A DNA stretch of 52,871 nt from positions 62,001-114,871 of the forward strand of contig LVLI01000195.1 of NCBI GenBank assembly GCA_001687465.1, written 5' to 3'. This document shows positions 23,935 to 34,800 of the stretch, in pieces. The position numbers and the translations under genes are program-made. How positions within the stretch are numbered: the stretch's first letter is position 1; every line of letters begins with the position of its first letter. The stretch is from Halocafeteria seosinensis (lineage: Eukaryota). The notes under the pieces were generated by a model. That model searched no databases. It was not told the DNA's origin and was given only the letters and a program-made list of their open reading frames with translations.

Positions 23935-26900
23935 ATGCTGAAGATGTTCATGGGCTCTCGTGGCGCCGCGAGAGTAGGCGTCGAGAGCATCAATGTTCAG
24001 TTCAGGGTCCGATATGATAGATCCAGCGAGGAGGAAACTGTGTCGATTCTCGGCAACATTCCACAGGTTGGTAATGGTGATACAATTGTTGAGATACAAG
24101 TGCATCGAACTTTTTAATTTTATTGCATCCAATGCAGCTTGGAGAAAATGCTGTGGATAAAGCAATTCCCATGGACTACGACGCAGAATCTGGATTATGG
24201 ACCTTCAGTTGTCAGGTTAGTCTAGTCTGGAACCACCGAGAACTCAGCGCATCGCACAACGAAGGTGATTACCGCAGATTGAGAAAGGAACAAAGTTCCA
24301 TTATCGCTACGTTGTACGCAACACAAGCAACGGTTCTGAGTTCTCAGAATCAGGGATTTACAGAGGATTGACGCTGGTATGTGCAAGAGGTTGGGCCTAC
24401 AATGTGTCAACGCAAACCTGAAACTGAGGTGGCATGTCTCACTACAGGGTATTGAAGAGCTATCGAAATTTCCAAAGGAGTTAAGAATCGAAGATAAATG
24501 GCAAAGATATGAAAAGTCTCAGAAAGTGCTCCCTGAAGAAAGCAACAATACTTGCACGATAGTCACCCAAAGCCAGGTAGGACCTGGGGATGCTCAAGTA
24601 GACGAACTTTTTGCAAATCGAAGTGAAGCCAATGCTGAGTCATCTTTCTTCAATAGCATGCTTAAGGAGAAAGTTGATAGCATGACGGAAGAGCTGCAGA
24701 ACCAGAACACGCGCTTAACTAAGGAAGTCCAAGAGATGCGGGAGAAGATTAAGTCATTCAAGTCCGTTGAAGAAGAGTGTCTCCGTGTAAAACTAGAAAA
24801 TGCACAGATGCAAGCTGATGCAGCGGAACAGGAAAAGAAAGACCAGAAGAAGATAAAGGAATTAGAAGCTTCTAAAGCCGACTTAGAAAAACGACTAAAC
24901 GACGCCGAGAACGAGCTCCAGGCTACACGCGAGAACGTGCACCAAGTTTCTACTCAAAGCCGCATCGCCAAGGCCAGAGAAGAGTCTGCCGTGTCCAATA
25001 GTGAAACGGAGCTCGCGGTAAGTCAACGGTTACGAAAATCGCAATGACCCAGTGTTTGAATTATTAAAGCTCTATCTGCAGAAAGTGCGCGCTGAGGTCT
25101 TCGTTAAGGATAGTACCATTTCTTCTCTTGAGAACCAGCTTGAAGATTTGAGAGAACGCAACGTAGATCTGGAGAAAGAGAACCACCGCCACCTAGCGGA
25201 TGTGTGGAAGTCTAGAGATGCAGTACAGCAGATTAAGAAGCAGCTGCAAGAAGCGGAAACCAAGCTCAGCGGTTGTAATCATGAACTCCATCATCGAAAC
25301 TCTCAATATCGACGGCTTGAACTCGATCTTCAAAGGCAATCGGAAGCCGCAAAGCGCCAGGAAAACTCGCTTCGTGAAGAAATTCAAAAGAATAAGGACG
25401 CTCTTAACAAAGCAAACGCGCAACTTCAGGAGCGCGATGATACTATCAGTACCCTTAGAGAAGAGATTCGTCAGCTCAAGACGGACATCAAGACTCAAGA
25501 CAGACGTACCACATTGTCTCGGTTTAGCTTGGGTACTTCATTGAGAGAAGCTCAACTTGATGACAATGAGAACGAAGCGGAAAGTTCTGAAGACCTTCTT
25601 CTGAAAGTTGCCGGAAAGGACCTGGGAGGCGGTCGTTGTCTACCTGATGCCGAAAAGCTTCAAGAGCTCTTGGATGCCGATGCTCGAGCCGAGCAGAACT
25701 CATTAGCCTTGGAAGAGTCCAAGAAAGAACTGGAGTCGTCGAAAAAAGCACTTGAGGAAATGAAGGAGAAAGTCAGCTCCCTAGAGGATGAGCTTCAATC
25801 TTGGAAAGACAAATATGCCAAGATTCAATTGGAAAACAGACAACTCTTTAACCAAGTCCTCGAACTCAAAGGCAATATCCGTGTATTTGCACGCGTCAGA
25901 CCCATGTTGTCTAAGGAGCAAACTGAAGATGAGGAATGCCCTAGCATTATCGCTCCGGAATCAGACTCTGTAGTGGTCCACGAGAAGCAAACCCATCACG
26001 ACGGAAGCAGCGAGGAACGTAAAACTTATCGATTTGACAGGGTCTTCGGCTCTCAGTCTACTCAAGAGGAGGTGTACGATGAAGTGCAAGGCTTAGTCCG
26101 CAGTGTTGTGGATGGTTATACGGTATGCATTTTTGCTTACGGACAGACCGGCTCTGGAAAAACTTACACTATGCAGGGAACGGAAACCGAACCTGGCATC
26201 AATTCCAGGGCTTTGAAAGACTTGTTCACACTGATCGAAAATCGTTCGGACGTAAACAGTTTTGAAGTGAGCGCTTCTATGCTGGAGATCTATAATGAAT
26301 CAATTTATGATTTATTGGCGGGATCTAGGCCCACCGAGGGAAACAATTCTTTGACTCTGCGTCAGCATCCGAAACGCGGGGCGTATGTCGAGGGACTGAG
26401 CTCCCAAAAGGTGGAAAAACTTGATGACATCGAACAAGTAATGGAAACCGCTCGCAAACATCGTTCTGTTACTACAACCTCCATGAACGATGTGTCCAGC
26501 CGCAGTCATATGATTATGCAGGTACATGTAAAGGGTCACAATGCCGTGACAGGAAAGACGACTCATTCAACGATGTACTTGGTAGATCTCGCTGGATCAG
26601 AACGGCTCAAACGGTCGGAAGCCGATGGTAAGGCGTTAAAGGAGGCACAACATATCAACAAGAGTCTTTCGGCTTTGGGGAACGTTATGTCTTCTCTTCA
26701 GTCACACAGCTCTCATATCCCTTACAGGGATTCCAAGTTGACTCATTTGCTGATGAACGCTCTCGGAGGCCCGAATAAGGCGCTGATGGTGGTGCAGCTC
26801 TCGCCAACTGCAGAAAGTGTCCAAGAGAGTGTTTGTTCGCTAAACTTTGCCAGTAGGACCGCCAAAGTGGAACTCGGTAGGGCCGTTAACGGAAACGAAT

Positions 26901-27961
26901 TGAACTCTGTATCTACGTCGAAACTGTCGAAGGAGGTTCAGACACTACGCCAAAAGCTTTCCGAAGCAGCAGAGAAAGAAAGAGAAGCAAGGGTATCTGA
27001 GAAGTCCGCGCGAGAGAAATACGAAGCTCAGAGGGCAGGTATAGAACGCGAACGGGCAGCATGGTCCTCCGAGCGTGCTCGATTGGAATGCGAGGTGCAA
27101 GACCTTCGACACAAGTTAGGCAAACCTGGAGGAGACTCAAGCCAGGCTTCTAGCGGACTTGGCGAACAGGGGCAGCCAAAGCGTAGTAAAACGGATCATG
27201 CACCCCCTAGGACTCCTCAAACCACGAGTGCGAAGTCTAGCAGTTCAAGATTTGCTACATGCCCTTCATCTTCTAAGCGTACCCGAGCAGCGGTGTCTCA
27301 GTATAGCCAATACAATTTGCGAACTCCTAGATCGGTCAAACGCAAGGACGAAGCCTCCACAGCTCTCAAAACTTCGGATGTGGGCAACCGTCCTGGCAGG
27401 ACTGCTACTCCCCGGGACAAGGTAACTTCTACATCGCGCCAACCGAATCCGAAAAGGCCTCCAAGTTCCCACGGTCCTTCCCGTAGAGGCGACACGAGCA
27501 CCCTGGTGAAAGAAACTGCAGCAATGAGTAGTAGGAAAGCTGCGGTAAAATCTTCTAGGACGAAAGAAGACTCTAGTCGCACCAAACGCATGCGGACTGA
27601 AAATGAAGCTAGTACCACGGCTTCAGCTCAACATGACGCCGACCAGGAAGCGAAAACCGCTACAGTCTCCAACGAGGAGGGCAAGGAGGCTACCGTCAAC
27701 ACTACTAAACGTTCTGAGAGTTTCGCTGGAGACAGTGACGAGGGTGGTGATGAGAATCACGGACCCGAAGATATCAAGCTGATCACAATCGAAGACGGAA
27801 CTTCGGCGAAGCGATATCTAACGTACGATGAAAGCCGTATGCAATACCAGAGCCCGTCAACAGGAAAGTGGCGTCCAGGAAATCAGGGACGCCTCCCGGC
27901 CTCCCCTGTGGAGGATCAGCAAGAAGGAGCGGAGAGCTCGGTCCCTGTTGATCAGTTGTAA
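23935..27961 (+). CDS. Kinesin-14 (KIFC3/KCBP-type motor) with an N-terminal CBM20-like domain and long coiled coil, ~1252 aa
   Basis: Exons 23935-24066, 24138-24215, 24278-24376, 24448-25017 and 25082-27961, all phase 0. Kinesin-14 neck RQLFNQVLELKGNIRVFARVRP; motor motifs AYGQTGSGKTYTM, LEIYNE, NDVSSRSH, VDLAGSER and HIPYRDSKLT. Confidence 0.93.
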
Positions 27962-28133
27962 CGAGCTAGCTAGCTAGCTACCAGTAGTTACCCTTTGAGA
28001 ATTGGAGTTGTAACGTTGTAAGTTGTAATGCGTGCGTAATTAATGAGTCCCGTAGATGAGAGAGGAAAGAAAAATTCATCACATAGATAGTCTATCCAAT
28101 TAGTTACTAGTAGTGTATGCACGTACCCTTAAT

Positions 28134-29796
28134 ATGTCAACGCCACGTCGGGAATTTACGGTGGATCGAGAGGATCTTCTGCGGCGTATCCGCTCTCTGA
28201 TTGCGATTCCCTCGATTACGGGGAATGCCCATGAAGAACGTCGGGTAAGTTGCTTTCACCAGTTAGGGGACTGTATACTTAGTACTGTAGTGGGAGATGC
28301 AGGCTGCTGAACATGTGGCTGAATGGATGAGGGAATGCCAAGCTGATGAAGTGTCGGTGAAATCTGTGCAGATGCATGAGTTACAGCAAGACTCTAGTTT
28401 CCCCGGAATCGAAGTAGAGCGTGATACCGCCACATTTGCTTACGGAGGTATGCAGCCTTTGTCCATGCGAACTCCTCGGCGGTATGGTACGACTTGAGCC
28501 TTGCAGTGATTCAAGGAAGCGATCCTGGACCCTCCGTGATGCTCCTCGGGCATAGTGAGTGAATAGCGAAGCTAATTGGCTGGAGACAGCCTCGAGGAAC
28601 TCACGTGTTGTTTGGTTCCTCTTGGCAGTCGATGTTGTTCCTGTAGGTGATGTCAGCCAGTGGACGCATAATCCTTTCGACGCTACGGAAGTGGACGGCA
28701 AGGTGGGTAGTACAGCAATTACATTTGAATTGAGCATGTGGTCACTAGATGAGATATTGTGACTGTTTGTTTTTTTTTTCTTCATTTTCTGCAGCTTTAT
28801 GGAAGAGGATCATGTGATATGAAGTCTGGTGTATGCGCTGCGTTCTCCGTGTTCCAGCATTTTGCTAGAAATCGACAGTTCCCTGGGAGTGTGAAACTAC
28901 TTGTCGTGTCTGGAGAGGAAGACGGGGGCAGTGGTTGCTTAGCCGCTGTAAGGAATGGATGTGATGCTGATGTCTGTTATATTCCAGAGCCTACAGTGCA
29001 AGCGGGAGGTGGAGAGCCGACTGCAGTGGTGGCCCATGGCGGCTCCGTGACACTGTCTGTAAAGCTAGTCGGTAAGAGTGCCCATGCTTCTTCGCGAGCG
29101 CATGGTGTCAATGTTATGGATCACTTAAGCCCTGTTCTAGATGTAAGGGTCTTCTGCATTTCATGTTTTACGTCATAGTACCTCCAGCTCCGTTTGTTTC
29201 CGCAGGGACTAAGAGACTCCGAGCGGGAAATAAACTTGAAAGAAACGAATCCAATAATGCGGGCCATAGGAGATATACCATACGCTACATCGATTGGTAA
29301 GATCCAAGGAGGCGAATGGGCATCCACTGTGATGGACGAGCTAAGCATGGAAGTTCGTTGCGGCGTTGCTTTGGGAGAAACCGTAGGAAGTGCCATCACT
29401 CGAATTAAGAACACAGTGTTGGAACGATGCAAATCGGATCCATGGTTGGCGGAACACCCGCCTAGAATATCAAGCATAGGGGGTGAGTTTGCTGGATCCA
29501 ATATTGATCCGCAACATACTATTGTTCGATTACTTAGAGAAGCCCATCGGGAAGTCTACGGGGCCGAAGTGGTTGCCAGAGCTACTCCTTATGGATGTGA
29601 TATGCGGATATTGGTGCATGAATTAGGCACCTCAACTTGTGTATATGGTCCAGGAAGTATCTCAGAAGCGCATGCCATAGACGAATTCGTTAGCATTTCA
29701 GATGTCCTTGATGTGGCCAGGGTTCTACATTCAGCTGTGCTGAGAGCTCTGTCTTCCAAAGATAGTCTCGAGAGACAGGGAACATCTCATTCTTGA
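28134..29796 (+). CDS. M20 metallopeptidase, ArgE/DapE-like (acetylornithine deacetylase family), multi-exon
   Basis: MLLGH/xDVVP (split by an intron), LYGRGSCDMKSG, GEEDGG, IPEPT, GKSAHAS and YGPGSISEAHAIDE. Confidence 0.9.
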
Positions 29797-30694
29797 GGCA
29801 TTCATAAAAATTCTAACTTATTCTCTGCATCTGCAGATACAGCATCGGACCCATCTGAGCATAGATGCGGTAGCAGGTAGTAATTGAGGCTGCGCCCTGG
29901 ATCCTGCAGCGGGACATCGTCCCCCGGCCCCATGACGACAAGGGGCTATAAAGTCGAGTAGGGAGTTGAATTAGATCCCGTTAGTTAGTTAGCATTAATT
30001 GTCCGCGGTAGAATGGACGATTTCCGTACGAAACGTAAGTGCACCCTTGGTATCGGGTATGGGTCGGATAGTATCCACGGTGGATACTGTGTCAGTAAAC
30101 ATCCGCTGTCTAACCGTCGTTTCCCTTTCCACGATTTGGCTGTCTTCTGGCGCTTTCTTGTCCCCCTTTTTGCTCTTACATGGATATGCCCTACAAGGGG
30201 CGCTGCTGGTGCCTATGTGCCTGAGAATATGTGTCCTGCATCCAGTGTAATGTAGTATCAACTGTGGGAATAGCCGTCTGCGCGCGCATGGCAGGTTGTG
30301 CTCTCTAAATAGGGGCCAAAGAGTGATATCCAGAAGATGCAGATAACACGAGGCCGTCTTGTATTGCACCTTCCTTAGGATCTGATAGTTGGAGGGTTGT
30401 CATTGTATGGCTGTAGTGTAGTGGAAAGGAATATCCCTTGGGCGCCGCCGAGGTATCCTCGTGGTATCCACTACCGTTTACAGAGGTTAATGCGCTTCCC
30501 AATTTTGCTGATGCAGGTTCAAAAGATGTTCTTTAATTCAGCACGCGAACTTTAGCTGTTACGTATGACTAGTAGTGGAGAGGAGAGGATATCTTGTTGA
30601 GTGAACGCGCAGAGAGCCTCGTTGTAACCCCAGGTTTGGCTTCGCGCGCTTGGGGAATAGGGCAATGCATGGTAGCACTTGAATAGTCGAGGGA

Positions 30695-31486
30695 ATGAAG
30701 CAACAAGGGTCTTCTTACGTGGGGGTAGTCCGCGATGGACACAAATGGAAAGCACAGATATCATACGCAACGGACGGCCCTGAACGACGAATTCGCAATC
30801 TGGGGAGGTTTGATACAGAAGGCGAAGCCGCGCAAGCGTATGATACTGCGGCCATTAGTATCCGAGGAATCGCACACGCAAAAGTTAACTTCCCTGAAGA
30901 CTATGGTCTGGGTGATGGCCAAAAGGCTCGCAAGCACGCTAGAGGAATTACTTCAAGATCGACACAACCCGAAATGCAACCGCCGCGCACCAATGATTCA
31001 CAGGGTGTATTGAAGAAACAAAGGACATGTGAAGTTTCGAAAGATTGCGGGGGTTACCAATCTGCTGCAAAACCTGAATCAACGGAAATAACGTTAGGTG
31101 GGGACAACAGCACATCTATCGGATCGATTTCTCCACGAATTGCAGCGGCAGCTGCTGCCTTAGTTGCTGCTTCTGATCCGGACGTTCACCCAGGGTTGGA
31201 ACCTTCTGATCATGTCACGTATTTCATTAACAGTAGTAGCGGGGATATATGTAGCACTCAGGTATATAGTCGGTCCCTCAGCTCTCAAGCGCAGGTATGC
31301 CATACAGAGAGTAGTGCTGACTCTCCAGCTGTGGCCACAGTGCCGGGGCTGCAACGTAGCAGTTACCAAGGTGATTCGGTGGAGCCTCACGCACCTAGCA
31401 AAGGAGTAAGCGTGCTTGATGTATATAACAAATGTGAGAGTGATGGTGAAGCGTCCCCTGCTCCTGTTCAGTCTTGGACAAATTAG
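30695..31486 (+). CDS. AP2/ERF-domain protein (intronless)
   Basis: YVGVVRDGHKWKAQI...RNLGRFDTEGEAAQAYDTAAISIRG..AKVNFP, followed by a Ser-rich tail. Confidence 0.9.
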   Translation: MKQQGSSYVGVVRDGHKWKAQISYATDGPERRIRNLGRFDTEGEAAQAYDTAAISIRGIAHAKVNFPEDYGLGDGQKARKHARGITSRSTQPEMQPPRTNDSQGVLKKQRTCEVSKDCGGYQSAAKPESTEITLGGDNSTSIGSISPRIAAAAAALVAASDPDVHPGLEPSDHVTYFINSSSGDICSTQVYSRSLSSQAQVCHTESSADSPAVATVPGLQRSSYQGDSVEPHAPSKGVSVLDVYNKCESDGEASPAPVQSWTN

Positions 31487-31847
31487 TTTTGGTGCAGTAA
31501 CGACGCTGCCCACGTTAGTTTAACTTAGTTAGTTAATTAGAACTCCCAACTCCTTATTTGTTTTAGAATGGGTATACAGTTTCGCCATTATGTTAAATGT
31601 CCCAACGGCGTTCTTTGAATTTGGGTTTTGGATACCAACGTGCATAGTCTTACGATTCCCATGTTGAAGTTGTGAAGGTAACAAAAGATTGTCGTCTCGT
31701 TGGTTAACGTCTGCGTCGTCTGCTGCACGCGAGGAACGTGGTCTCCTTTATCACGCAATTTGAGAGGTTTATTCAGCATTTTCTTTCGGTGGCTGCTTGG
31801 AACACAGCCGCTAGGTCAATTTGGGAACGGAACGGCTGGAAAACACA

Positions 31848-34800
31848 ATGAGCCGTCGACGCAGTGGGGCTTTAAGTGGCAGCGAAGCAGCTCCGAGCCA
31901 TTCTTTGAAGAAGAACTCAGACTTAAGTGATGCTATCGAGGAAATCGAGGAAGATAGTTCGATCGGTGGCGAATCCCTGGAAGAAAATGACGAAGAGGAA
32001 GTGCGAGTCGCATTGAAAAACGCGTTCGAGGAATCAGGGCAGACTTTGAACAAGCAATTAGTGCTCGATATTCAAACGGCATTTGATTTATTGGAGTTAG
32101 AAGGTATGTCGCGGGACGTAGTGTTGTGTGTGTCAATGTATGTTTATTGTTTCTTCTTTGCTGTGGGATTCAGAAATTAGTGAAAAGCAGTTCCTCAGTA
32201 CACTAGCTGAGACCTTTGCCGTCAAATTCAAGAAGCGCAGTGAGAAAGAGGCTACCCTGAAATACTTTAGGTGCGATACTGCTCGAAAACTTGGGTTGTT
32301 TCCATGCAGCTCGCTAACGTTGTTCTCTGTCTGGCGCTCGCTCGCAGAACCGAGAAAAATGTCATCAAGGTGGCAGATTTTGTAGATTTCATCAAGAAGA
32401 AATTCTCTGATGAGGATAAGGAGAGTGGGCAGGACTCAGAGAGAGAAAAGATAAAGGTGAATCGCCCTGGTAGTGCGGTAAGAAGGAAAGTAGAAGACGC
32501 TGCAGGGCGCAAACCCGTTCGCCCGCGGAGTGGTAGGAGTAGCAGCAGCGGTGGTGATGCACCGGCTGAGCGGAAAGATCCCGAAGAATCTGCAGATGAC
32601 ACTGAAGGATCCATTGACGGTGAAGAGAAAGTTGAAGACGTAACCGATGAAGAAGAGCCTTCTCCCGAATTCCATGCTGGGGAAAGAGTTAAAGCCCGTT
32701 TTCGTGGAAAGGAGAACAAGAAGTTCTATAGTAAGGCGACCTCGGCTGCGTTCCATGGTAGTAGTGTTACAGCGTTTACTGATATCTGACTGCAGTGGGG
32801 AAGATCGCCAAAGTTCATAAGGTAGTGGATTCTGTCTCTGGTGCTGGATACAAGTTTGACATAGAGTACGACGATGGAGATAAGGACGTAAGGATATCGC
32901 CTGAGCATATAGTCTCTCTTGAGAAAAAAGCGGAAGCCGGATCAGTCAGCTCGAAGAGCTCCACACGAGACGGCTCGCCAATCCCGAAGGACAAGAAGGG
33001 CAGTGAAACGAAACAAAACAATATGAATTCCGCAGAGAGTACTTCAGCGAGGGAGGAAGATGACGATCCGGATTCCGATGCCCGCGCTATCTCCACTCCA
33101 CACTTCTCTGTGGGTGACATTGTTGAAGCCAGATTCCGCGGAAACCCGAAAAAACCCTATTATAGTGCGTGTGCTCATTGCTTGGAAACCAATAAATCGA
33201 ATTATGTAATAGTTTGCGTGTCTTCCTGCAGAAGGCAAAATCGTTGGCGTTAAGAAAGAGAGCGACCCAAGTGCTTCAGGGTCACACTTCGTTTATGACA
33301 TAGATTACGATGACGGGGACAAAGACCGAGGGATTGCGGCTAGGATGATACGGAAAACGTCTGCCGTGGAGGGAACTAAGAAACCTCGATTTTCTAGAGA
33401 TGACCGCGTTAAGGCCCATTTTAGAGGGAAGACCTCGAAGAAGTGCTACTGTAAGTATCCAGAGTTTACCGGGATAGAACAAAGATACGAAATATGGAAG
33501 CTGTAATAACGCAATTTCAGATGGACGTATTTCACAAGTGCATACGGAAGAAGATACCAACGGAACACGATACACGTATGACATCGATTACGATGACGGG
33601 GATAACGATAAACGATTGAGTGACGACGTGATTTTTGTCGTCAAGGATGAAAACACGCCTGCTTCTGATGAATCAAATGTAGATATTGCACGATTTTCCG
33701 TTGGTGATCGCGTCAAATCTCATTTCAGAGGTAAAAAGACTAAGAAGTGTTATTGTAAGTAGGACCCTATTCTTGGGCGCTATGGATCAGCTTACGGAGC
33801 TTGCTTTGCTTTTCTGCCACTCAGATGGCAAAATTGCCAACGTTACGAAAGCAAAAGGAATCGACGGTGTTCGCTACAAGTATGACATCGACTATGATGA
33901 TGGTGATAAAGATAAAGGGCTTACCGACGATGTAATTTACGCCGTTGAGGATAAAGCGAAGAAGTCCGAAGAACCATCGCCCCCCGATGAAGTGGAGGAG
34001 GACACTTCGGTTTCTAATGTAGCCCCCTTCGCAGAAGGAGATAAGGTGGAGGCGCAATTCAGAGGTCGCCCCAAAATGAAATTCTATTGTAAGTGGAACA
34101 GACTAGCAATGCCTGCGGGGCTGTATTTCTATTACGAGTCGGGCACTCCTGTGATTACGATCCAGCCGGGAAAATCGAGAAAGTGAACGAGGTCAAGGAC
34201 CCAATCTCCAAAGCTACCACGTACACGTACGATGTCTTGTATGATGACGGTGACAAAGATCGAGGGTTGAGTGAAAAGTTTATCAGACTTAAAGAGCGGA
34301 CCACCGGCAATGCTGTTTCTGAGAAGCCGAAGAGTGCCAGATACGAAGTCGGACAGCGCGTTAAGGCTCGCTTCAGAGGAAGGCCAAGGAGCATTTTGAA
34401 GAGTAAGATATCTGTTGTTGGACGTTCAAGAGGGTATATGAGCTTAAATTGCTGTTTAAATACAGGGGGGAAAATAACGGAGGTTCACGTGGACGGGGCA
34501 ACATCATCAGTTAGATATGATTTGGAATATGATGATGGTACAAAGGATACTAGCCTGGGGGAGAGTGCCATCCAGGAAGAGGATGCCACTGAGGAAGAAG
34601 CACCAAGCTCGGATGCAGAATCTGCTGGTGGCACTGAAGGTGCCAAGTTTTCAATTGGAGATGCAGTCAAAGCCCGTTACAAAGGAAGGAGAACAAACCC
34701 CTTACTTAGTAAGTCCAACTGGTTATGTTACCGTTTTGACCTCATGATAGAGTGAAGTGTTATCTGTACAGGGGGTAAAATCACTTCGCTTAGACGGAAA

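Noticed and set aside
25052..27961. 969-aa ORF as the complete kinesin
   Set aside because: Its GTG start lies in intron 25018-25081; upstream exons splice in frame.
29978..29995. (TTAG)n as a telomeric repeat
   Set aside because: Only about 3 units, internal, with no G-rich telomere-type unit. Treated instead as a possible 3'-end motif.
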